This document shows positions 18,626 to 26,444 of a DNA stretch of 64,000 bases, piece after piece; positions within the stretch are counted from its first letter, which is position 1; every line of letters begins with the position of its first letter. The stretch lies in contig CAKQUX010000003.1 of NCBI GenBank assembly GCA_934277645.1, forward strand, positions 981-64,980. The letters are read 5' to 3'. The notes below the pieces were generated by a model. It saw nothing but the letters and a program-made list of their open reading frames with translations, was not told where the DNA came from and did no database searches. Source of the DNA: an uncultured Clostridia bacterium (lineage in GTDB: Bacteria; Bacillota; Clostridia; Christensenellales; CAG-917). The position numbers and the translations under genes were made by a program.

Positions 18626-18764
18626 AAGGGGGCATAAATCAAACAAAAATCGACATTTTTCAACTAGTATATTTTAGTGGGCAAAATTTTTTGAGACATT
18701 GCGGTATTTGAATGTTAAAAATCTAATTTATAATGACATTAGAAACTAAAAGCGAGGTGTATTT

Positions 18765-20294
18765 ATGAATAATTTTGATTTGATTGCCGGTTACGGCAGA
18801 GAAAAAGAAGAACTTAGAAAGATTTGTGACATTTTGAACAATCGTGATGTCTATTTAAGCAAAGGGGCGGCAATGCCAAAGGGAGTAATATTCTATGGCG
18901 ATTCTGGAAATGGAAAAACGCTCTTTGCCCATGTTTTAGCAAAAGAATGCGATATGCCTATTTACATTATTAGTTTAGGGGAAACAAGTAAGCGAAATGG
19001 CGTTATCAAACAAATAAAAACCGCCTTCGACAAGGCCAATAGAAGCAAACGATACAGCGTGGTTTTTATAGATGAGCTAGACAAAATTTTGCCGAAGCAG
19101 GGTCAATTGGTGGTCAGCGATGGAGCGAATGCAATTCTTACCGAACTATTGACACTAATCGACGGTATCGATAAGAATAATAATGTATTCTTCATAGCAA
19201 CTTGCAATGATTTCTATGACATTCCGGAAACGATGCTCAGACCGGGGCGCATAGACAAAAAGATAATGTTGCCTGACCCGGATTGTAAATCCAGAAAGGA
19301 AATTTTGGCAATGTATATCAAACAATCAAATTGTGCATTTGAAGCCTCCGAGGACGTGATTGCATCGTTTACGGCAGGAATGTCGTGCTCGGCGTTGAAG
19401 ACGCTTATCAATGAATGTATTTTGGAATCCGATGAAAACAATTTTGTTTCTGAAAAATTGGTTTTTAAAAAATTAAATGAAATCAATCACCAAGATATTG
19501 AAAGAGAAAGAAGTGCGATTGAGAAAATGATTTTTAGTTGTCACAATTTAGGCTATTTTATTGTAGCAAACAGTTTCGCACCGTCGTGTGGCGGAATTAT
19601 TGATATGGATTCACATAATCTTTGCAATGACTTTTTTAATGGAATTGTTGATGATGTTAATTATGATGATGACTACGATGATGACGACGAAGAAGACGAC
19701 GATGATGATGACTATGATGAAGAAGATGATTACGACGAAGACGATGCTGATTATGACGAAGAAGACGATGAATGCAATGAAGACGAATTGAAAGAAGAAA
19801 ACGACAATGAAGCCGAAGATGTCGACGATGATGACGAACAAGATGATTGGTCTGGTCAGTATTATAGTGAAACGGATTACAGGAATGCTATATGCGTTTT
19901 GTGCGGTGGAATGATAGCGGAAAAATATGTTTTGCAAAAAACATATGATGATACCGCTTGGGATTTAGATACGATTGACAACCTTCTTTTCCGTATGTCC
20001 GAAATGGGAATGCTTGGGATGGGTTTAATTTATAACGTAAGCAGACATAAAAATATGCCTTACAGTGCAGATCGAATTTTAGCCATAAACAATAAATTTG
20101 ATGAAATAATAAGTGAATGCTATGAAAAGGCTGAAAAAATCATATCGCAAAATGTGGACTTGATTAAACTGTTGCAATGCCATTTGATAGAAGAGGGAAT
20201 TATCAAGAAAGAAAGAGCGAAAGAATTGATAGACGAATTTAAAAATCAAAAAGCATTTGGTGGCAATGTTAAAGATGAAAAAGAAAGCCGATAG
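18765..20294 (+). CDS. Soluble FtsH-like AAA+ ATPase with a degenerate (HEXXH-less) M41-like domain and a poly-Asp/Glu insertion
   Basis: Walker A GDSGNGKT, Walker B VVFIDELD, SRH ATCNDFYDIPETMLRPGRID. The M41-like part has CHNLG in place of HEaGH, CGGMIAEKYV (compare lGGRaAEe), and MSEMGMLGMG (compare yGMS..lG). No TM segments. GAGGTG SD. Confidence 0.75.
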   Translation: MNNFDLIAGYGREKEELRKICDILNNRDVYLSKGAAMPKGVIFYGDSGNGKTLFAHVLAKECDMPIYIISLGETSKRNGVIKQIKTAFDKANRSKRYSVVFIDELDKILPKQGQLVVSDGANAILTELLTLIDGIDKNNNVFFIATCNDFYDIPETMLRPGRIDKKIMLPDPDCKSRKEILAMYIKQSNCAFEASEDVIASFTAGMSCSALKTLINECILESDENNFVSEKLVFKKLNEINHQDIERERSAIEKMIFSCHNLGYFIVANSFAPSCGGIIDMDSHNLCNDFFNGIVDDVNYDDDYDDDDEEDDDDDDYDEEDDYDEDDADYDEEDDECNEDELKEENDNEAEDVDDDDEQDDWSGQYYSETDYRNAICVLCGGMIAEKYVLQKTYDDTAWDLDTIDNLLFRMSEMGMLGMGLIYNVSRHKNMPYSADRILAINNKFDEIISECYEKAEKIISQNVDLIKLLQCHLIEEGIIKKERAKELIDEFKNQKAFGGNVKDEKESR

Positions 20295-20853
20295 ATTGCG
20301 GAAAAGAGATTTTAAGAAATGTGTATTTTCGACAGTTTGCGATTGCATGCATATATTCGGCTACTCGTTAATGCCTGCAATTATTGAAACGACCTTGGAT
20401 GGAAATAGACTTATGTCTTTTGTCGCCTGTGACAATAGTAGGCAGTGCGCAATAATATATGATTATCAAAAGTTTCAAAAGGCTTTTGGTGAGCGCGATA
20501 AAGAATACAATTTGATAAGCCTTACATATATTGTTGCGCATGAAATGAGACATTATTATCAGCATAGACAAATTTTCGCTAAGGTTCCTAAAGAAAGGCG
20601 AGAGGTGGTCGACGATTGGCGGAACGACACGGAGCTTAAAATATCTTGCGAAAAGCGCGAGTATTATGGAAACGTCAGGGAAATAGACGCCTTTGCATTT
20701 GCGTATAGGTATTGTGCAAATAGGGGGCGAGTCTTGGTGCGTGATGTCGGAGTGCCAAAACACTATCGCAAAGTTATGCAAGGTTATACAAAAAAGAGCT
20801 TTGGGATTACTCCTTCAATTTTTTCAAAGAAATTTGATAAATATTTTGATTAA
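20275..20853 (+). CDS. Putative zinc metallopeptidase (HExxH; ImmA/IrrE M78-like motif arrangement)
   Basis: IVAHEMRHYYQ, plus REIDAFAFAYRY about 40 aa downstream. The start overlaps the end of the AAA gene. ATGs at 20266 and 20275 are both possible, and the track start is 20257. Confidence 0.55.
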   Translation: MKKKADRLRKRDFKKCVFSTVCDCMHIFGYSLMPAIIETTLDGNRLMSFVACDNSRQCAIIYDYQKFQKAFGERDKEYNLISLTYIVAHEMRHYYQHRQIFAKVPKERREVVDDWRNDTELKISCEKREYYGNVREIDAFAFAYRYCANRGRVLVRDVGVPKHYRKVMQGYTKKSFGITPSIFSKKFDKYFD

Positions 20854-20948
20854 ACTTCAATCAATGTGTTGTTGAATTTGATAAATACTGTTGATAGATA
20901 TTGCGTATGCATATAATAATTATTGTCGCATTGACATCCAAACAGGGA

Positions 20949-20973
20949 AAGGCAGCCTTTATAGCTGCCTTTT
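20949..20973 (+). terminator. Rho-independent terminator
   Basis: AAGGCAGC-CTTTATA-GCTGCCTTTT, about 95 nt after the 20853 stop. Confidence 0.7.
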
Positions 20974-21319
20974 AATATAGCATATAGTAAGCTTATATCG
21001 CCGCAGTCGGGACTTTTTGAAGTAGAAAATAATGAGAGCGGGGTGGGCATGTTTCTTGCGCGGCAAAGCATTTGATGGGGTTAATAGCTGTATTGTTTGG
21101 GCTTTTTGTTGTGCGACAAATTTATGTCAAAGCACTATTAGAGCTGTAAAAGCAGGTGTAATTGCTTGCGAATAAATCATTATTGCGCTATTGCATCGCT
21201 CTGATTAAATTCTATCACCCGTCACACAACCACACTGCAACAGCCGTGGCTATTTAATATGCGATGCGGCAACATAGTCGGCATAATTGTTGATAAGGAA
21301 ATAGGTCTGTCTTTTTAGC

Positions 21320-22015
21320 TTATGTCGTAACTGTTAGTTTGATTTTTTTTTGCTTGTTTTGTGATTTAATTGTAGCGTGCTTCGGGGCATAATCTTTCAT
21401 TTCGGGGATAGCTCCGCCTGCGACCGCCCATAAGTATAAACTTGCGACGCTGGCATACGGCGAAAATTTTCGACGGTATTTTTCAAACAACTTTTTGTCA
21501 ATTTTTCGGTGGTGATATACCATACGAAGCCCACGCAGTATCGCCAAATCACCGTAACTAAAAATGTCGGGGCGTTCAAGGCAAAACAATAAAATCATTT
21601 CGGCGGTCCATACGCCGATACCTTTTAAAGCCGCAAGCTCTTTTATAGCTTGTTCGTCCGTCATTTTTTCGACGGATTCCAAATCGAATTCACCGCTTTC
21701 GACTTTGCTTGCAAAATCTTTTATGTATTCGGCTTTCCGAAACGTCATTCCAAACGATTGCAAATCTTCGATGCTCGCATTTGCAATGGCATGAGAATCG
21801 ACTTTGCCGAATGCCGACTGCATTCTTTGCCAAATGGTTGCTTGCGCCTTTGTAGATATCTGTTGACCGATAATACTATGCACAACGGAAGAAAACAGGT
21901 CGGTGTCTACTTCGCGATAAATTTTGCCGATAGCGTCGATGCATTCGGCAAGACGGGCATCGCGTGATTTCAGATATTCGATTTCCGTTTCGCCGTATTT
22001 GAAATAATTTGCCAT
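21320..22015 (-). CDS. HhH-GPD superfamily DNA glycosylase (DNA-3-methyladenine glycosylase II-like)
   Basis: 231 aa. LAALKGIGVWTAEMILLFCLERPDIFSYGDLAILRGL is a helix-hairpin-helix plus catalytic-Asp region, typical of AlkA-like enzymes. Confidence 0.75.
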   Translation of the reverse strand: MANYFKYGETEIEYLKSRDARLAECIDAIGKIYREVDTDLFSSVVHSIIGQQISTKAQATIWQRMQSAFGKVDSHAIANASIEDLQSFGMTFRKAEYIKDFASKVESGEFDLESVEKMTDEQAIKELAALKGIGVWTAEMILLFCLERPDIFSYGDLAILRGLRMVYHHRKIDKKLFEKYRRKFSPYASVASLYLWAVAGGAIPEMKDYAPKHATIKSQNKQKKIKLTVTT

Positions 22016-22210
22016 ATACCTATTCTCCTGTCGCTATTTTTATAAAACAATTTTTTGACATGCACAATCTATTGGCATATTTATTATATCACAATCTGCT
22101 GTCGAAGTTAATATATCACAATGAACAGAGTAGTGCTATTTATTTATATTATGAACCGGTTGTAAGAGCGAAACAGAAAATTTCATAAGAAATTTATGCA
22201 CATAATGCCT

Positions 22211-22247
22211 AAAAAGAAAAAGCAATCCTACGAATTCGCAGAATTGC
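22211..22247 (-). terminator. Rho-independent terminator of the four-gene cassette
   Basis: Minus-strand GCAATTCTGCG-AAT-TCGTAGGATTGC followed by TTTTTCTTTTT. Confidence 0.65.
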
Positions 22248-22285
22248 TTCACCTATCGGAGCATTAGTAATGTAAAACGAATTAT

Positions 22286-22672
22286 TTAACTACTGTAATC
22301 ATAAGGTATTTTGTTCTTCTTTTCACCTTTCAAGTTGATAATAAAACCGTTTTCAACTTTACACCACCAATCTTTATATTTTTCCGGCAAACTATCTCTT
22401 ATCATTTCGTCTGTAGTGTTGTTATCTTTTACCAATTCCAAATCTTCGATTTTAATTCCGCAACAAATATCATCTTCCAATTTGAATATATTCTCTTGAT
22501 TTTGCATAAAGACTTTATCATAAACTCTTTGGTCTTGAAAACATACATAGAAGCTTTCCCATCTAATATCAGCATCAATTATTGTTCCAATCATTCCTTT
22601 GGTGACGCCTTCTTCTTCTTTATAATTATCATTAATTACCCTAACGTCATCTAATAGCTTCATTTTTGCCAA
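22286..22672 (-). CDS. Small DUF4926-like protein (putative immunity/antitoxin partner), copy 2 with a C-terminal extension
   Basis: 128 aa. It shares Y-EEGV-KGM-G-I-D...VCF...EDL-V-K with the 74-aa protein at 23316-23540. Its start lies 13 nt inside the upstream gene. Confidence 0.55.
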   Translation of the reverse strand: MAKMKLLDDVRVINDNYKEEEGVTKGMIGTIIDADIRWESFYVCFQDQRVYDKVFMQNQENIFKLEDDICCGIKIEDLELVKDNNTTDEMIRDSLPEKYKDWWCKVENGFIINLKGEKKNKIPYDYSS

Positions 22673-23238
22673 CCGCCTATTGGTGTATTCATTTTCAATT
22701 TTCCATTTGGGAAAACCATATAGTTCGATTTTAGTTTATATGTTTTTCCAAGTTTTTCATTTGCGCCCGAGATATCAATCATTAAATTTATTTTGCAACC
22801 ATATTTTGTGATATTCTCTATATAATATTTACCATAAAAATATGCTTGCTTTGTTTTGTCAAATAAAACATCAATAAAAGTATTATAATCACTTTCATGG
22901 TATCCCATAGCATTAACCCAATCACTTTTACTTTTAAACAAATAGGGTATTTTTCCGTTTGGCACAATCAGCTCAATTTCTTCAAAATTTGTAGGCGCAA
23001 TAGGAATTTCTTTGCAATGACACCTAAAGTGATATAGCTTAGGTAAAAGTCCTTTTAATATGCTATCTGACAAGTTAATACCTGTTATATCAGATTTTTC
23101 CGGTTTTTTATTTTTCTCGTTTTTAAACCAGCATTTGTTTACTGCAACACATTTGATGCAATGATTTGCGGTTGTGCCTTCTATAATTCCTGTGGCATAT
23201 TCATAATCTAAACATTCGACTGAAAAGAAAATACGCAC
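22660..23238 (-). CDS. MuF-type Cys/His-knuckle protein with a conserved C-terminal ~100-aa domain, copy 2 (GTG start, N-terminally shorter)
   Basis: 192 aa. CIKCVAVNKCWF...LYHFRCHCK, with C-terminal NYMVFPNGKLKMNTPIGG. Paralogous to 23527-24096. Confidence 0.5.
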   Translation of the reverse strand: MRIFFSVECLDYEYATGIIEGTTANHCIKCVAVNKCWFKNEKNKKPEKSDITGINLSDSILKGLLPKLYHFRCHCKEIPIAPTNFEEIELIVPNGKIPYLFKSKSDWVNAMGYHESDYNTFIDVLFDKTKQAYFYGKYYIENITKYGCKINLMIDISGANEKLGKTYKLKSNYMVFPNGKLKMNTPIGGWQK

Positions 23239-23315
23239 TCTAACTTTTCATTAGGGTGCGTACAGTTCGCTTGTGGCGGAGCGTTTGCTTCACTTATTGA
23301 ACTCTTGATAGAGTT

Positions 23316-23540
23316 TTAATCACTCTCTTTAATTACTTTTAAATCTTCTTCTTTTACCGGAATTGTTGCAATATTTGGCAAGTCTAATTCTTGGTCAAAA
23401 CACACCAACCATTGACCATTAATATTTCTTGGGTCGCAAATCCATCCATCCATCCCTTTATGAACGCCTTCTTTTACATATTTTTCTTTTTCAACTATTA
23501 ATTCTACTCTATCATATTCCTTCATATTATTTATCTCCAT
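23316..23540 (-). CDS. Small DUF4926-like protein (putative immunity/antitoxin partner), copy 1
   Basis: 74 aa: EYDRVELIVEKEKYVKEGVHKGMDGWICD...WLVCFDQ...VKEEDLKVIK. Its start lies 14 nt inside the upstream gene. Confidence 0.55.
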   Translation of the reverse strand: MEINNMKEYDRVELIVEKEKYVKEGVHKGMDGWICDPRNINGQWLVCFDQELDLPNIATIPVKEEDLKVIKESD

Positions 23541-24096
23541 ACGGTGTTGTCAATATTATTTTTCCGTTAGGATATACCATCCAACCCGATTGAAAGGTTA
23601 CGTATCCTTCTTTATCTTTTCTTTTTAACTTAATTTCTATATTTATTCGTTGTCCATAATCATCTAGTCTATCCAACGCATAGTCTCCAACTGAATAAGA
23701 TAGCTTTGCTTGATTAATAAATTCTTTCTGTAAATATTGTGAGTTCATTATATCATACCCCCAAAGCGCAAACAATTGTTTTTTACTATTCCCCTTTGCA
23801 AAAATATATTTCGTGAATTTTTCAATGGGAGACTCAGCCCTTGCTGTTATTGATGGAATATCAATGGTATAACAATGGCAGTTGGGGTGTAGTGGTTTAG
23901 GTGGACATTTTTCTTTTACAAAACAACATCCGTTTAAGTTTAAACACATCGCACAGTGTTTGGAAAAACTTCCTGTCAGTGCGTTTGCGCTTTTTTCAAA
24001 ATTATTTTCGGCTGGTTTCGTTCCCTCGTGCACCCATGTCACCCAGTTAGTAGAAAATAATTTGCTTGTGTATTCGTTTGCTTTTTGTAAATTCAT
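23527..24096 (-). CDS. MuF-type Cys/His-knuckle protein with a conserved C-terminal ~100-aa domain, copy 1
   Basis: Start MNLQKANEY at 24096 (AAAGGAGA SD); the track ORF extends to 24126. CAMCLNLNGCCF...PLHPNCHCY resembles the C-terminal motif of SPP1 gp7/Mu F domains. C-terminal KFTKYIFAKG...LFALWGY...YGQRINIEI...GWMVYPNGKIILTTPYG. Confidence 0.55.
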   Translation of the reverse strand: MNLQKANEYTSKLFSTNWVTWVHEGTKPAENNFEKSANALTGSFSKHCAMCLNLNGCCFVKEKCPPKPLHPNCHCYTIDIPSITARAESPIEKFTKYIFAKGNSKKQLFALWGYDIMNSQYLQKEFINQAKLSYSVGDYALDRLDDYGQRINIEIKLKRKDKEGYVTFQSGWMVYPNGKIILTTPYGDK

Positions 24097-24454
24097 ATTA
24101 TCTCCTTTGTGAGAAGATAATATCATGGAAATTTTTGATAATAATTATTATATGACAGTAAATTTGCAAAAAATTTATAAAAAACCTAACTTGAACGGTG
24201 TTCAAATTAGGTTACGATTATGTGCGTTTGATACGCAAAAATATTCCCTTGTTTTGGAGTTGCACCAAAATTACTACTCGTCAAGAGTGGTTCAACCACA
24301 CAATACGTGTGGTTCCGTTCCGCTACGTTTCTTTTGCAATCGCTCAAAACGCTGGTTTAGCAGACTTCTTTGAAGTCCGTTCTTTTTTTTAATGGCCGTA
24401 AACGCCGAGCCATAATTACATTATATATCAATTTGCGTATTAGTCAAGCAAAAT

Positions 24455-24492
24455 AAAAAAGCAAACATCTCCGAGTGTTCGGATTTGTTTGC
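24455..24492 (-). terminator. Terminator hairpin immediately downstream of tRNA-Ser
   Basis: GCAAACA..TCCGA-GTGT-TCGGA..TGTTTGC stem, followed by T6 on the minus strand. Confidence 0.65.
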
Positions 24493-24495
24493 TCT

Positions 24496-24584
24496 TGGCG
24501 GAAGAGATGGGATTCGAACCCATGAACCCATGCGGGTTACTGCATTTCGAGTGCAGCTCGTTATGACCACTTCGATACTCTTCC
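24496..24584 (-). tRNA. tRNA-Ser (anticodon CGA), class II with a long variable arm and encoded CCA
   Basis: Minus strand reads GGAAGAG...CTGCA-CT-CGA-AA-TGCAG...ATGGG-TTCGAAT-CCCAT-CTCTTCC-G-CCA, 89 nt. Acceptor, anticodon and T arms all pair. Confidence 0.9.
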
Positions 24585-25214
24585 GTGCCAAATTATACTA
24601 ACACAAATTTAAGTATTTAGCAAGCATTATAAAATGAAAATTAGAATCAAAGCAAAAATTTTATTTGGCGAGTTGAACGGATTTAAACAAAGTCAAAATG
24701 ATTTGAATTTGATTTAATCGTACGCTAAATTGGAAGGATATAGAAATTTGAGATTGTACTAAAAAACAATGGATAAAAGCGCAATGGTTTATTTTTGGAA
24801 AGGATTTAAAATTAGGATGCCGATAAGAAACAAATTGGGCATAGCTGAATTTGAATGGTTAAATCAAAAATATATGAATTTGAAGATTGCACATTAAATA
24901 AAAATTTAAATAGTTGTTTCGTGGATTTGACACTAAGCATTTTTTACGGCAAAAGTGTGTCGGCTCAATTTGATTTAGTGACAGAATAAGAAGTTTGTAT
25001 AATTGAAGTTTTAATATAAAACGAACAGCGATTTTAACGAACGATGAAACGATTGAATTAAGAGATAAAAAGGATGTAATGATGAAGGTGAACGGGGTGA
25101 AAGTTTTCAAGTGATTGGATTTTGCGCCCAGCATATTCAAAAATTTTTAAATCAGCGATTTTTGCAATGTGTGGGTTAATTATGTGGATAGAAAATTCGA
25201 CAATTTCACGTTGC

Positions 25215-25392
25215 CGATTTTTTTAATTCACAAGTTGTTTTATAGTTATCATAGTTTAATGATTTTTAAAATCGTTGACATATAAAGGGTGCGTCTATTC
25301 TGCGGCTAAAAAAATTAACAGTTTTAAATCGTCGATTTTCAAATTTTCAAGTTGGTTTTATAGCTAACATAATTTAATAATTTTTCAAAAGC
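25215..25392. repeat. Two copies of a ~60-bp direct repeat (period 118 bp) in an ORF-free AT-rich region
   Basis: 25215-25274 (CGATTTTTTTAATTCACAAGTTGTTTTATAGTTATCATAGTTTAATGATTTTTAAAATCG) versus 25333-25392 (CGATTTTCAAATTTTCAAGTTGGTTTTATAGCTAACATAATTTAATAATTTTTCAAAAGC). Confidence 0.6.
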
Positions 25393-25745
25393 TATTGTTT
25401 ATCGCCACGCGGCATATTATAATGAATTTGTAGGTTTATTTGTGGCATTTAGCCGTTATTAAGCTGTGCGGCGAAAATGCGTTTGCAGTAAATGCTATAA
25501 ATGGCTAAGTTGTTATTTTAGGTTAAAGCATTGTGATTTAGTAAATTTGCAAGTTTAATATAGGGAATCGGGCGTCTGCTAAATTAAACCTATATTGTTT
25601 AGAAAAACGAATATTTTTTAGCAAACCGATGATATTGTTCGCACAGAAGATAGGCCGCGATAATAAAATTTCGTTTTGAAATAATCGGCTATAAAACATA
25701 GATATTGAACGATTTGTTATAGTCGTAGGAAGATAAGGAGAGTAT

Positions 25746-26045
25746 ATGGCAACCGATAAGAGTTTCAGAGATTACGTAGTAGGGCAACTAATTCCACTCG
25801 ATATAGTCACAAGACCGATGATGGGCGAATATTTAATGTATCTTGACGGAATACACTTTGGCGGAATTTACGACAACCGCGTGCTATTGAAAAAGACCAC
25901 GGCATGTGAGGAATTTGCCTTGTCGGACGCCATTCCGTATGACGGCGCAAAGCCTATGTTTGACGTGTCGGAATATATCGATGACGCAGATAAGTTTAAA
26001 GAGTTTGCCACGCTCACTGCAAAGAGTTTGCCAAAGAAAAAATAG
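25746..26045 (+). CDS. TfoX N-terminal-domain family protein
   Basis: 99 aa. FRDYVVGQL...VTRPMMGEYLMYLDGIHFGGIYDNRVLLK resembles the TfoX_N pattern. AAGGAG SD. Confidence 0.55.
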   Translation: MATDKSFRDYVVGQLIPLDIVTRPMMGEYLMYLDGIHFGGIYDNRVLLKKTTACEEFALSDAIPYDGAKPMFDVSEYIDDADKFKEFATLTAKSLPKKK

Positions 26046-26138
26046 CCGTGTTAAGGAAACGTTTAAACTTAGGCTTGTGGCTTGTAAAGAATATTTGTTT
26101 GAAAGTCGATTTGTGAAAGGCGATTTATAATTTTAACT

Positions 26139-26210
26139 AACAGAAAAGTCTTTAAATAGCGATTGCGGAAAACAGAAAAGTCTTTAAATAGCGATTGCGG
26201 AAAACAGAAA
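26139..26210. repeat. Perfect 32-bp tandem repeat, 2.25 copies
   Basis: AACAGAAAAGTCTTTAAATAGCGATTGCGGAA appears twice, followed by AACAGAAA. Confidence 0.85.
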
Positions 26211-26444
26211 TTGTGGTTTAAACTAATGATTTCGGAATTAAAGGGTTAGCCTAAAACGGCTTTTGGATAACCGAAAAGCGCTTTTTTTAAAGTGTCGGAA
26301 TATTCAAGGCAGTGTTATTAAGTAAGTGTTATTAAATAATAGAATTTGGCGAATGCTCGCATAATTAAATTTGAAGATGGTTGACGATAAAAACAAAAGG
26401 TATAAAACACAGACTTTAAGTTATTAAAGCCAAAAGGGGTAGAT

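Noticed and set aside
19588-19937. 67-aa plus-strand and 108-aa minus-strand ORFs over the acidic tract
   Set aside because: These are alternate-frame readings of the GAT/GAA codon repeat (poly-Met/Thr/Ile/Val products). They are not independent genes.
21075-21149. 24-aa hydrophobic peptide ORF (MGLIAVLFGLFVVRQIYVKALLEL) resembling a type I toxin
   Set aside because: No Shine-Dalgarno precedes the ATG, and no obvious antisense RNA or terminator architecture is present. It cannot be supported from sequence alone.
24125-24392. 82-aa and 64-aa plus-strand ORFs between the cassette and the tRNA
   Set aside because: They have no SD and an unremarkable composition. The region is the promoter or leader of the minus-strand cassette. 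The hairpin AACCACAC-AATAC-GTGTGGTT (about 24293-24313) is more likely regulatory.
24859-25140. 93-aa minus-strand ORF in the AT-rich gap
   Set aside because: The product is low-complexity and Leu/Ile/Phe/Ser-rich. There is no SD, and the ORF is embedded in repeat-like AT-rich DNA.
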